64,000 nt of DNA from Candidatus Latescibacterota bacterium. GTDB lineage: Bacteria > Latescibacterota > UBA2968 > UBA8231. Location of the stretch: assembly GCA_965242865.1 (NCBI GenBank), contig CBDETK010000013.1, forward strand, positions 4,896,001 to 4,960,000, in the 5' to 3' direction. Each line of letters opens with the position of its first letter. Position 1 is the stretch's first letter. The notes under the pieces were generated by a model. It saw nothing but the letters and a program-made list of their open reading frames with translations, had not been told where the DNA came from and ran no database searches. The translations under genes were made by a program, and so were the position numbers. This document shows positions 17,524 through 26,341 of the stretch, in pieces.

Positions 17524-20160
17524 GTGAGACGTCGAATGTTCATTTTCGCCCTACTGATGATGACGCCGCAAGGGGCCAGTGCCCAACGCGCCACCGGGTA
17601 CGATAACCCCTATTACACCACGGGCACGGAAGTTTCGCCGGCGACGCTCGTGCCCTCGGTGCGCAAGTGGTATTTGCCGCAGCGGCTGTACGCGCTGTAC
17701 GACTGGCGTCAAGAGCAATACTCCAACTACGCCCGCAATTACTACGAGCGCTACACCGAGGTCTTCTTGGAAGGTTCGCCGTTTTACGACGTGTACGGCG
17801 ATTACATCACCCAAGGCTGGCTGGTGTACGACTGGACCGAAGACTACCCGGAAGACAACGGCAGCATCATCACCAAAAATCCGCGCTTTCGCTCGTGGTT
17901 CAACAACCTGCTCGTATCGTCGAGTCAAGCTGGGCAGTTCCACTCGGCCCTGATGGTGGGCGACGGCATTCGCACGACCCTGACGCCGCTGACCTTTTCC
18001 AAGCCGCGCTTCGACGGCATTCAGTGGGACCTGACGACCGACAAGTACGCCCTGACCCTGCTGTCGTCGCGGGTCAGCAACACCGGAGAAATTTCCGCCA
18101 GCGAAGTTGGGGGGGGCGTCCAAGCCAATACCTTCACCTCCCTGATGGCCGCCAAGGGGCAGGTGCAGGTCGGGGATTTTGCCGCCCTCGGCGCGACCTT
18201 TGTCAATGCGGCGCACCGCAACTCCAACCTGCCGTTTGGCGACAACTCGCTCAGCGGCCTGCTCAGCGGCCCGATGAACACCGACTTTGTGCGCTCCATC
18301 GTGGTGCGCATTTCCGACGATTCGCCCGAAGATGGCGAGGGCGGCGCCTTGCTGTCGCGCTGGCGCATTTTCGTCAACGGGGTCGAGCACACCCAAGACA
18401 TCGTGCCCGTGGTGGAGGGCGGCATTCGCCGCGGCGGCGCGGTGGTGGCCAGCGGCACGGATGTCATCACCCTGACCTACAACATCGAAGACTTCTCCCC
18501 GAGCACGGACGACGCCATCGACGATTTCCGCGCGATCGAGCGCATTGAGATCGGCCTGGTGCTGGCCAACGACTACAAGGTTGAGGTGACCTCCAACAAG
18601 CAGACCAACAACCTCGGGACGCCCGTCTTCCTGCCGGTGCTGCGCGCGGCCGGCAACGTCAAGGACGGCTCGAATCAAGCCTTTCATCGGTTCAACTACG
18701 GCCTGCCCACCGGGACCCGCGTGTTGGGCTTTGACCTCGCGATTGCCGACCTGCAAGGCTTTGACTTCCGGGGCGAGTTCGTCCGCAACTTTCAGTATCG
18801 CCGCTTTCCCAACGAGAACCGGGCCAAGGACCAGACGCTGGCCACCCACGAGGCCCAAGCCTTCTACGCGACCGCGCAAAAGCGCGCCTATCCCTACACG
18901 GTGTTCGCCGAGATTTTCAGCATTGACGCGGATTACTCCACCCGCGCCTTCATCCCCAACGCCGAGGGGCAGGTGTTTTACGACAACGAGCAACGGCACC
19001 TGTACGAATTCGTCGATGACAACGACGATCAAGACGAGCTGCCAGACTGGACGCGGCGCACGTTTGGCAGCCGCGTCAACACTCGGCAGGGGCAGCAGTT
19101 GCTGACCGACGCCGCGGTGTTCCCGGGCATTGACGAGGACAACGACGACATTTCGGATTTCAACCGGAACTTCAACACCCAGCCCGACTACGAGGAGCCG
19201 TTTTTGCGCTTTGACGTGGACCCGCCGGAGTTTTTGTTCGGCATGGACATGAACAGCAACGGCGTCATCGACCGCTTTGAGGACGACGGCGAAGCCGATT
19301 ACCCCTACAAGCTGGGACGCCGGGGCTTCAATGCGTACGCCGCGGTCGAAATCCTGCCCAGCACCACCCTCATGGTCGGCTATCTCGACCAACGCCTGCT
19401 AGAGACGGCCCGCGAAAACCAAGCCGCGTACCTGCTGCTGACCGCGAAAAGGGAATTTCCCGAACGGGATTTCAGCGCGTGGCTGATTGCCCATCCGCGC
19501 AAGGTCCGCGACGACATTCCCGACGATGTGCTGTTGTGGCGCGACCTGCCCGGCACGCGGGGCCGCTCGGTTTTCACTCGCGACCTGCTGCCAGCGCGCG
19601 ACGCCTTCGTCAACACCACGTACCTCGAAGTCCACTACGACCGCTACCTGCCCTTGACGGCCAAGGTCAAACACGAATTCTATCAGCAGTTGGGGGATGG
19701 GGAAGGCGAATTGCGCGACCAGAGCTTCTTGGGCATTGTGACCAAAGGGGAGTACTCCACCCACGTTGGCGGCTGGACCCTCGTGCCAAAGTGGAAGCAG
19801 CTTTACGACAGCCGGGTGCCGGCCCAGCGCAGCGCGCTCAAAATCCGCGCCCTAACGGAAATTTTCTCCCTACAAGCCGTGCGCCGCATCAACCGAAACA
19901 TGCGCTTCATTGCCGGGGCCGAGTGCGAGCTGTTCAATAACCTCCGCCCCGCGCCCGACCCCCTGCCTTCGGGCTACCTCCTCGACGGCACGACGTGGGT
20001 GCTCGCCGGCCAAGTCGCCAACGACTCCGCATACTTGGGCTACGCCTTGACGACGAATGTCGGCGTGCGCTGGATCCGCAACAACCTCGACGGGTCGCCA
20101 GCTTCGTCCGAGCTGCTCTCCTTCATCACGGTGTACGCGGGCTTGGGCACCGATCGCTAA
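17524..20160 (+). CDS. Large acidic putative outer-membrane protein, paralog of 46634-49345
   Basis: Signal peptide (ASA-Q); amphipathic beta-strand-like C-terminus; DxNxD acidic motifs; extensive motif identity with 46634-49345. Start is GTG 17524 or ATG 17536. Confidence 0.75.
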   Translation: MRRRMFIFALLMMTPQGASAQRATGYDNPYYTTGTEVSPATLVPSVRKWYLPQRLYALYDWRQEQYSNYARNYYERYTEVFLEGSPFYDVYGDYITQGWLVYDWTEDYPEDNGSIITKNPRFRSWFNNLLVSSSQAGQFHSALMVGDGIRTTLTPLTFSKPRFDGIQWDLTTDKYALTLLSSRVSNTGEISASEVGGGVQANTFTSLMAAKGQVQVGDFAALGATFVNAAHRNSNLPFGDNSLSGLLSGPMNTDFVRSIVVRISDDSPEDGEGGALLSRWRIFVNGVEHTQDIVPVVEGGIRRGGAVVASGTDVITLTYNIEDFSPSTDDAIDDFRAIERIEIGLVLANDYKVEVTSNKQTNNLGTPVFLPVLRAAGNVKDGSNQAFHRFNYGLPTGTRVLGFDLAIADLQGFDFRGEFVRNFQYRRFPNENRAKDQTLATHEAQAFYATAQKRAYPYTVFAEIFSIDADYSTRAFIPNAEGQVFYDNEQRHLYEFVDDNDDQDELPDWTRRTFGSRVNTRQGQQLLTDAAVFPGIDEDNDDISDFNRNFNTQPDYEEPFLRFDVDPPEFLFGMDMNSNGVIDRFEDDGEADYPYKLGRRGFNAYAAVEILPSTTLMVGYLDQRLLETARENQAAYLLLTAKREFPERDFSAWLIAHPRKVRDDIPDDVLLWRDLPGTRGRSVFTRDLLPARDAFVNTTYLEVHYDRYLPLTAKVKHEFYQQLGDGEGELRDQSFLGIVTKGEYSTHVGGWTLVPKWKQLYDSRVPAQRSALKIRALTEIFSLQAVRRINRNMRFIAGAECELFNNLRPAPDPLPSGYLLDGTTWVLAGQVANDSAYLGYALTTNVGVRWIRNNLDGSPASSELLSFITVYAGLGTDR

Positions 20161-20343
20161 GTGCTCTATTCAAACGCTTTCGCCAACTCTCAGCGGCACG
20201 ATAATTATGTAAGATTGTTTGGCGCGGAAATGTCATCTCGGTTTTGAATTTGCTCTGCTCAGTGGGTGATGAAGGAGAAAAATTGAGCGGCTTCCACCGC
20301 ACGGACGTCCCGATAGTTGACGACCTCAATCCTTTCTGCTTCT

Positions 20344-21513
20344 TCATCGTTCTTGCACACGCTGTACGTCTGCTAGGAGTGAAAAGTCTTTGATGGGTCT
20401 GTGTTTTGACGCGCTTGTTTCTCGCTCGCCTTGGTCTTTCACCGATTCAAAAAGTGAGGGATGATTTTTTTTATTCTTTCCCTTTGAAACGAAATCGCCC
20501 ATTATCTCAGTGCCTTTGGCAAAGCGATCTAAGATGGTGCTAATGGCTTCTGCGCTGTTATCAATGCCAATCCATCTTCTCTCGAGTCGATGCGCGACCT
20601 CCAAAGTCGTTCCAGAACCACAAAAGCAATCTAAAACAATATCATTGGGATTTGAAGACGCCTCTATCAGGCGTTTGATGAGCTCTGGATTTTTTTCTGT
20701 TGGATACCCGGTAATTCTGATGTTTTGGTTGTGGGCGTCGCGGTAATCAAGCCATATATCTTGCACGGACACACCTGTATTTTCATCGAGATAAACTTTT
20801 CGCCTAGGATTGCCGTTTGGCGACCAATAAATTTTGCCTTCTGCATCGAGCATATCCAACTTCTGGGGCGTGTATTGCCAGTGTTTTCCGGGTGGGGGAA
20901 GCATTCCGCGCCACGGCTTTCCGGTTTCGCCGTTGCGAACCCCCGGCGCATGTATCGGCACTTTCTTGAATCGGCGTCCTGTTTCTTCCTCTATATATTG
21001 ATACTCTTTTAATGCCCTGTCTTCTAGCCAAGGTTCTACGGGGCGATTCCAAACGTATTGATCTGATTTTGTGTAGAACAGGATATAATCTGATATATTG
21101 CCATATTTCTTGCGTGTATAGTTTTTAGGATTGCACTTTTTTCGCACTATGCAGTTTTTGTAGTTGTTCGCGCCGAATACTTCATCCATAATTACTTTGA
21201 TATGGAAGATCATTTTTTCGTCCAGATGCAGGTAGATTGAACCGTCTTCGGCCAGTAATTCCCTAAGTAGAATCAACCGAGTACGCAAAAATTCAATAAA
21301 TTCCGCGCCGGTTAAATTATCTTCGTAAGCATGAGAGAGTTTGCGGGAGTGGAAAGAGGTCTGAGTTGCATAAGGCGGATCGATATAGACCAACCGAACT
21401 TTTCCAGCTATCTCACGATCATCTAAAAGTTTAGCCATAATTGGGAGATTATCGCCAAAAAAGAGAAAATTATGAATGTCCTCATTTTCTCCGACTCTCT
21501 GCCCTATGTTCAC
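20344..21513 (-). CDS. Site-specific DNA amino-methyltransferase (beta class), possibly 5'-truncated
   Basis: YIDPPY (motif IV) precedes YPTEKN and LDCFCGSGTT (motif I); AT-rich; weak GTG start without a clear RBS. Confidence 0.85.
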   Translation of the reverse strand: MNIGQRVGENEDIHNFLFFGDNLPIMAKLLDDREIAGKVRLVYIDPPYATQTSFHSRKLSHAYEDNLTGAEFIEFLRTRLILLRELLAEDGSIYLHLDEKMIFHIKVIMDEVFGANNYKNCIVRKKCNPKNYTRKKYGNISDYILFYTKSDQYVWNRPVEPWLEDRALKEYQYIEEETGRRFKKVPIHAPGVRNGETGKPWRGMLPPPGKHWQYTPQKLDMLDAEGKIYWSPNGNPRRKVYLDENTGVSVQDIWLDYRDAHNQNIRITGYPTEKNPELIKRLIEASSNPNDIVLDCFCGSGTTLEVAHRLERRWIGIDNSAEAISTILDRFAKGTEIMGDFVSKGKNKKNHPSLFESVKDQGERETSASKHRPIKDFSLLADVQRVQER

Positions 21514-21542
21514 CAGTATCGCATGACAGGGGCCTCTCGTGG

Positions 21543-24323
21543 TTAGGAGCGTCTCTGCTGTCTCCGCTTGGGCTTGGCCGTCAGCGGCACCAGCATCTTT
21601 TCGTACAGTCCAAGCAGGTGTTTGACGCGCTCGTGGTCGGCGGTGAAGGCGTTGCGACGGTAGAGCCTATCGACAGCGCGGTCAAGAGCGCGGTGTGCTT
21701 TGCGGAGGTCAGCGGGCATGAGGTCGGGATCGTAGAGGTCGGCCAGCGTGGCGGCGGGATGGGCGGCGCGGGCGGCGAGGATGGCGTCGGCGAAGGGTGC
21801 GAGGCGTTGCAGGCGTTTGGGATTGGGAGGCAGAGGAAAGGTGTTGTAGATAATGCCAACCCCGTATCGAAAACGACTTTCCAGCCGCCCGCTGATAATC
21901 CTGACCCATGCCATGTGCATTGTAGATGTGAGAAGTCCAAACTGCCAAAGGGAGGCATTGGGCAATATGCGTACTTGGTTGCTTGGAATCACCGGCGGCT
22001 CCAGCCATGCAATCGGGATGTAATCCCGCCGTTCCGAACTGACTTCCGGCACGACCAGAAACGGTGCAGTGGGAATGACTTCCACCTCGTACTTTGTCGG
22101 GAAATCTGCCAATATGCGCGTCGCCTGTTTTTTGCTAGCGGCTCGCATCTGTCGGACGGCCGCGATGCGTTCCCGGACGAGGGGTAGCTTCCGCAATTCC
22201 GCAGGATCGGCATCGCCTACGTGAAGAATCCAACGCGATTTTCCGCGGAGGAATTCTGCCGCTCCAATGAATGGACGAAAAAACTTCGCCGCGGTTGGCT
22301 CTTGCTGGAGAAATTCCATCTTGTCCGCATCGCTAAAAAGATAATGAGCACCGACGACTGGCTTGGTTCCCATTCGCGCTGCGGGAAGGCCGTTCAGCGG
22401 CTTGGTCGTCTCCTGTACCACAATGCGAGGGTCGGCGAGTCCACCGGCGTCGAACAGATAGGGCGAGAGGGCGGTGTGTTGGCTTTCTTGTGGATCGCCT
22501 TTGGGGGCGTCGTAGGAAAACAGTCGCTTCTCTTTTGGCGCATCGCCCCGCTTGGCCAGTCCGATAATGACGACGTGAACATGCGCCATACCGCGAGCGT
22601 CCGATCCCCAAGCAAACGTGCGATGAGCAAAGGCGATGTCCAGCTTACATCGGTCGAACAAGATCGGCCAAAGCTGCGCGACCTGCTCGCCCTGCGTGAT
22701 GGAATTAGTTGCCACAAAGCCGATTCGTGCGGTGCTCTGTTGGACGTATTCGCCTGCCTTGATAAACCACGCGCCGACGTAGTCGAGCGAACCTGCTTTT
22801 CCCGAAGGCGAGTTGATGACAGCCGCCATTTGCCGACGCTGGGTTGGCGATTGATAACTCTGTCCCACAAACGGCGGATTGCCCAAAACGTAGGAACACT
22901 CCTCCGGCGGCAACACTTCTCCCCAATCGGTCTCCAGCGCGTCGCCTTGCCGAATGTGTGGCGACTTCGCCAGCGGAATGCGCGTGTACGTTTGGCCGAA
23001 CTCCAAACTCAGCCGGTTGTTCATAATGTGATCCATCATCCACAAGGCGACCTCGGCAATGTGCGCCGGAAACTCCCCCAACTCAATGCCGTAGAACTGA
23101 TCGACATCAACCGCCGACAACAACGCCGCAAAAGCATCGATCTGGCGGTGCGGCCGAATCTCCTTGAGCACCTCGATTTCCAAGGCCCGCAATTCGCGGT
23201 AGGCGATGATGAGAAAATTGCCGCACCCACACGCTGGATCAAAAAAGCGCAACTGGCCCAGCCGCTGCTGAAAGGCGATCAGTTCGGGAATGCGGCGGCT
23301 GTCGCGGCGAGCTTGTAGGTGGCGGAACTCGTCGCGCAGTTCGTCGAGAAAAAGCGGCTCAATGACCTTGAGGATGTTCTGTTCCGTGGTGTAATGAGCA
23401 CCTTGAGCGCGACGCTCTTTCTCGTCCATCACAGATTGGAAGAGCGAGCCAAAGATCGCCGGGGAGATGTCCGACCAATTGAAATGACAAGCGTCAATCA
23501 GCCGCTGGCGCATGTCGGCGTTGAACGAGGGGATGAGCAGCGGATCGCGAAACAGGGCACCGTTGATGTAGGGAAAGCGAGCGAGGTCGTCGTCGAGGTT
23601 GCTGGATCGGCGATCGTCTGGGGTATTGAGGACTTGAAATAGCTGCGCCAGCCAACCGCCGAGGTCGGAGCCATCATCTCGCGTCCGGTTTTCCAACAGG
23701 TCGAGGAAAATGTCGCGCGGCTCAAAGATGCCGGTGTCGTCGGCAAAGAAGCAAAAGACGATGCGGACGAGGAACTGCTGGAGATCGTGGCCGGTGTAGC
23801 CCGAATCAGCTAAGGCGTCGTGGAGATAGCCGACGCGCTCGGACGCTGCGATGTTGACCGGGTCCTGATCGCGGAAGGTGCGCTTCTGTACGCCCAAGAT
23901 GAAGCCGAATTGTTCGACGTATTGCGGCAAGTCCGCGAGGGCAAAGGCGGTGCTTTCGTCTTCGTCAAGATCGTACAATTCAAACGACTGAAAGTCGCTC
24001 AACAGGATGTAGCGCGGCAGGTCAGCATCCTTGAGGCCCGGAAAGTAGGACAGGGCTTGGGCCTTGGCTTTTGTCAGATCGCGGCCGACGCTCTTTTGCT
24101 CAACCAGCAGCACCCCTTTCCAAAACAGGTCGATAAAGCCTCGCTTATCGCCGAGCAGTGTAACGGGTTCCTCAAACGCGGCCACCCGGCGCACGGGCAC
24201 GCCAAAGACTTCAAAAAAGTCGCGGTAGAAAAGCTGGGTCTGCCCCTTTTCGTACCCGGCGTCCTGCCATTCTTGCGCGAATCGAGCGGCGTGGGTGCGG
24301 ATTTCATTCCACGATAGACGCAT
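21543..24323 (-). CDS. MmeI-like single-chain Type IIL/IIG restriction-modification enzyme
   Basis: N-terminal IDLFW...LVEQKS nuclease motif, GAHYT, FDPACGCGNF, GNPPF, C-terminal TLADLYDP..MP..LRKAH.ALDRAVD. Confidence 0.9.
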   Translation of the reverse strand: MRLSWNEIRTHAARFAQEWQDAGYEKGQTQLFYRDFFEVFGVPVRRVAAFEEPVTLLGDKRGFIDLFWKGVLLVEQKSVGRDLTKAKAQALSYFPGLKDADLPRYILLSDFQSFELYDLDEDESTAFALADLPQYVEQFGFILGVQKRTFRDQDPVNIAASERVGYLHDALADSGYTGHDLQQFLVRIVFCFFADDTGIFEPRDIFLDLLENRTRDDGSDLGGWLAQLFQVLNTPDDRRSSNLDDDLARFPYINGALFRDPLLIPSFNADMRQRLIDACHFNWSDISPAIFGSLFQSVMDEKERRAQGAHYTTEQNILKVIEPLFLDELRDEFRHLQARRDSRRIPELIAFQQRLGQLRFFDPACGCGNFLIIAYRELRALEIEVLKEIRPHRQIDAFAALLSAVDVDQFYGIELGEFPAHIAEVALWMMDHIMNNRLSLEFGQTYTRIPLAKSPHIRQGDALETDWGEVLPPEECSYVLGNPPFVGQSYQSPTQRRQMAAVINSPSGKAGSLDYVGAWFIKAGEYVQQSTARIGFVATNSITQGEQVAQLWPILFDRCKLDIAFAHRTFAWGSDARGMAHVHVVIIGLAKRGDAPKEKRLFSYDAPKGDPQESQHTALSPYLFDAGGLADPRIVVQETTKPLNGLPAARMGTKPVVGAHYLFSDADKMEFLQQEPTAAKFFRPFIGAAEFLRGKSRWILHVGDADPAELRKLPLVRERIAAVRQMRAASKKQATRILADFPTKYEVEVIPTAPFLVVPEVSSERRDYIPIAWLEPPVIPSNQVRILPNASLWQFGLLTSTMHMAWVRIISGRLESRFRYGVGIIYNTFPLPPNPKRLQRLAPFADAILAARAAHPAATLADLYDPDLMPADLRKAHRALDRAVDRLYRRNAFTADHERVKHLLGLYEKMLVPLTAKPKRRQQRRS

Positions 24324-24338
24324 GCAATAGGGGGCTTC

Positions 24339-24743
24339 TCAAGCGGCCGGAAACAGGACGAGTTCAGCCTTCTGAGCGAGCAATATGGCTATCTCTTTTT
24401 GCATAGCTTTTTCCATACGTGGCGGCCAGTTTGTAATATCTGCGTGACGCGGAGGAGGCTCCTGCGACTGGACATCGAGTTGGACCGAACGCACATCCCT
24501 CGCCTGGACGATTCCCACCCCATGCACTCTCCGATTACTCCCGATATGCTCATTCGCAATAGCGATAAGGGCTGCTTGCGGCTCGGCTCCATGTCTGAAA
24601 ACCGATGTTTTGCCATCTCTTTTGTTTGGCAAAAAAGCAGATTGTTTAACTGCCGACTGGTTGAATTGTCCCGAAGAAGTGAGGAAGCGAGCGAGGGGTT
24701 CGTCGTCGGCAACTTCTTTAGGTAGCCCTGAAGGTAAAATCAT
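24339..24743 (-). CDS. Hypothetical protein, possible ART/RES-like toxin fold
   Basis: 134 aa; LARF...AFLP...TSVFR...HADI pattern; ATG overlaps the upstream stop (ATGA). Fold assignment is inference. Confidence 0.6.
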   Translation of the reverse strand: MILPSGLPKEVADDEPLARFLTSSGQFNQSAVKQSAFLPNKRDGKTSVFRHGAEPQAALIAIANEHIGSNRRVHGVGIVQARDVRSVQLDVQSQEPPPRHADITNWPPRMEKAMQKEIAILLAQKAELVLFPAA

Positions 24744-25144
24744 TGATTAGTGATGCGCTGAATCTCTTGAAGAATACGCGAGGGGATCTCGCCATTATTG
24801 CTGGATACCACTACGTGCCCGTGCTCTGTCCCATTAACCCACGCACAAGCCATTTGATCCGCAGTACCTATGCTTACAGAAAACGTCTGCGTCGGAGTCG
24901 GAGACCAGTCGAGAGCGATTTCGCCATCCGGCTCCACGGATATTTCCGGCAACGGCAAACCCTCCGGTAGCCGACGAATGAAGTGTGCGCTACGTTCAAC
25001 GGCCCTTGGGCTAACGGCTTCTGCACCGTAGCCATCCCAGTCCGCTTCGGCACATTCTGCCGCTAGCTCATAGAGCCTATTCAGTGCGTCCTCTTTAGAG
25101 ACAAAAAGTACCCACGAATTGGATAAATCGAAGGCTCTTTCCAT
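24740..25144 (-). CDS. Hypothetical protein with WDGYGA motif
   Basis: 134 aa; DWDGYGAEAV...PEISVEPDGEIALDW; TAATG coupling to HicB. Confidence 0.65.
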   Translation of the reverse strand: MERAFDLSNSWVLFVSKEDALNRLYELAAECAEADWDGYGAEAVSPRAVERSAHFIRRLPEGLPLPEISVEPDGEIALDWSPTPTQTFSVSIGTADQMACAWVNGTEHGHVVVSSNNGEIPSRILQEIQRITNQ

Positions 25145-25566
25145 TATACTTCCAACACTAGGCGTTTGCCCAGCACTTCTAGCACGGTCTCGACCTGATC
25201 GATGTGTGAGCGATGGTCCAGATCGAGGAGCTGTCTCACCGTCGTTGCAACGGCACCAAGCCGCTCGGCTAATTCGCCAATGTCGATGTTCTGCTCGCGC
25301 ATCGTCTCGTAGAGTGCGAGCTTGGCGGCGATGAGTGCCGGCAGCTCAACAATGGGTCCATTACTGGCCGATGGTTGCGGAATGCTCCGCCCGTCGTTCA
25401 CGTACCCACCCAGTGCTGCGACAAGGCAGTCCGCTGCTTCCGACTGAGCTTCGCGTTCCGTATTTCCCTCGGTCAGTGCTTCTGGAATGTCGGGAAACGA
25501 CACCAGCACGGTGTCGGGCAGCACCCGTAGGTCCACCGGATAGGCCCGTCGTCTCAATTGTGCCAT
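25144..25566 (-). CDS. hicB: HicB-family antitoxin with C-terminal HTH
   Basis: YPV...LVSFPDIPEALTEG...EA.DCL...G..IP.PS; KLALYETM...ELAERLG...LLDLDHRS; GGAGG RBS. Confidence 0.85.
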   Translation of the reverse strand: MAQLRRRAYPVDLRVLPDTVLVSFPDIPEALTEGNTEREAQSEAADCLVAALGGYVNDGRSIPQPSASNGPIVELPALIAAKLALYETMREQNIDIGELAERLGAVATTVRQLLDLDHRSHIDQVETVLEVLGKRLVLEV

Positions 25567-25620
25567 AAAACACCTCCACTGCTCAGGCCCAAATTAACGA
25601 GCCTCCCGCACCACAAGGTG

Positions 25621-25986
25621 CTATTTGGGGACAAACGGTATGCTTGTCACATTGCGTTTCAATTGTTTTCGCTTCCTAATGGCGTATACCAAACTGAACA
25701 CAAACCAAACGAGGAATACGGAGCCAAAAACGCCCAATGCAGAAGACCAGCCAGATTGTATCATTGCGACAGCGATGCCTACGAGGATACTAAAAAGTGC
25801 AGAAGATTGAATAGACCAAACCTCGTAGTCCTTGAAGACAGACGAATCCACCAATTCTATTTCAAGGGTCTGCGGCACGGAAACCACTACGGTTGTTCTC
25901 GCAAGTGGCGTATGCGAGTCGAAGTCAGCCTCAACGTGCTTTGCGGGGTCTCTCATTAGGCTATTCTCTTTTCTAATTCTGGCCAA
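25621..25986 (-). CDS. Small two-TM membrane protein
   Basis: Two hydrophobic helices followed by a basic tail; overlaps the upstream ORF; start uncertain. Confidence 0.55.
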   Translation of the reverse strand: MARIRKENSLMRDPAKHVEADFDSHTPLARTTVVVSVPQTLEIELVDSSVFKDYEVWSIQSSALFSILVGIAVAMIQSGWSSALGVFGSVFLVWFVFSLVYAIRKRKQLKRNVTSIPFVPK

Positions 25987-26252
25987 AAATTTTTGGGAAG
26001 ATAGCCATCGTATTGACCTCCAGCCATTAAAGGGCCAATGACGAGATGTATCCTAATTGGAGAACCCTCGGCTACTTTTATCAGGTCTTTCGTAACTTCT
26101 TGCCATTCTTGCGGAGCGGATACCCTAACGACGTAAAAAGTTCTAAGTGGGCGCGCCCAAGAATAGTTTTCTATGCACTCTTTTAGCTGAGCGTTGAGCG
26201 CATCCCACTCCGCGCCTTCGGCATTAATATCCCACGATACTATGAAATGCAT
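25956..26252 (-). CDS. Small Cas2-like/ferredoxin-fold hypothetical protein
   Basis: MHFIVSWDI N-terminal strand, helix, WARPLRTFYVV strand, C-terminal GYL...FW; AAGGA RBS. Confidence 0.6.
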   Translation of the reverse strand: MHFIVSWDINAEGAEWDALNAQLKECIENYSWARPLRTFYVVRVSAPQEWQEVTKDLIKVAEGSPIRIHLVIGPLMAGGQYDGYLPKNFWPELEKRIA

Positions 26253-26341
26253 GGCCTTTTTCCTTTTTTTTTCCGTAGTGCGACCGTTCTAAGGCCCCAA
26301 TTATCGCCCAACAGCCCTCTAGCGTCAAAGCCCCAACCGCC

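Noticed and set aside
17551-19392. 613-aa antisense ORF and other long overlapping ORFs (e.g. 13227-14468, 29393-30547, 22221-23318)
   Set aside because: Shadow ORFs typical of high-GC coding DNA; they lie opposite well-supported genes and have no recognisable motifs.
20126-20347. 73-aa ORF after the methyltransferase, and an alternative-frame peptide EAERIEVVNYR faintly like a HigB C-terminus
   Set aside because: Too short, overlaps the convergent gene end, and has no convincing motif.
25956-26252. CRISPR-Cas locus suggested by the Cas2-like protein
   Set aside because: No repeat-spacer array, cas1 or effector genes were seen anywhere in the window.
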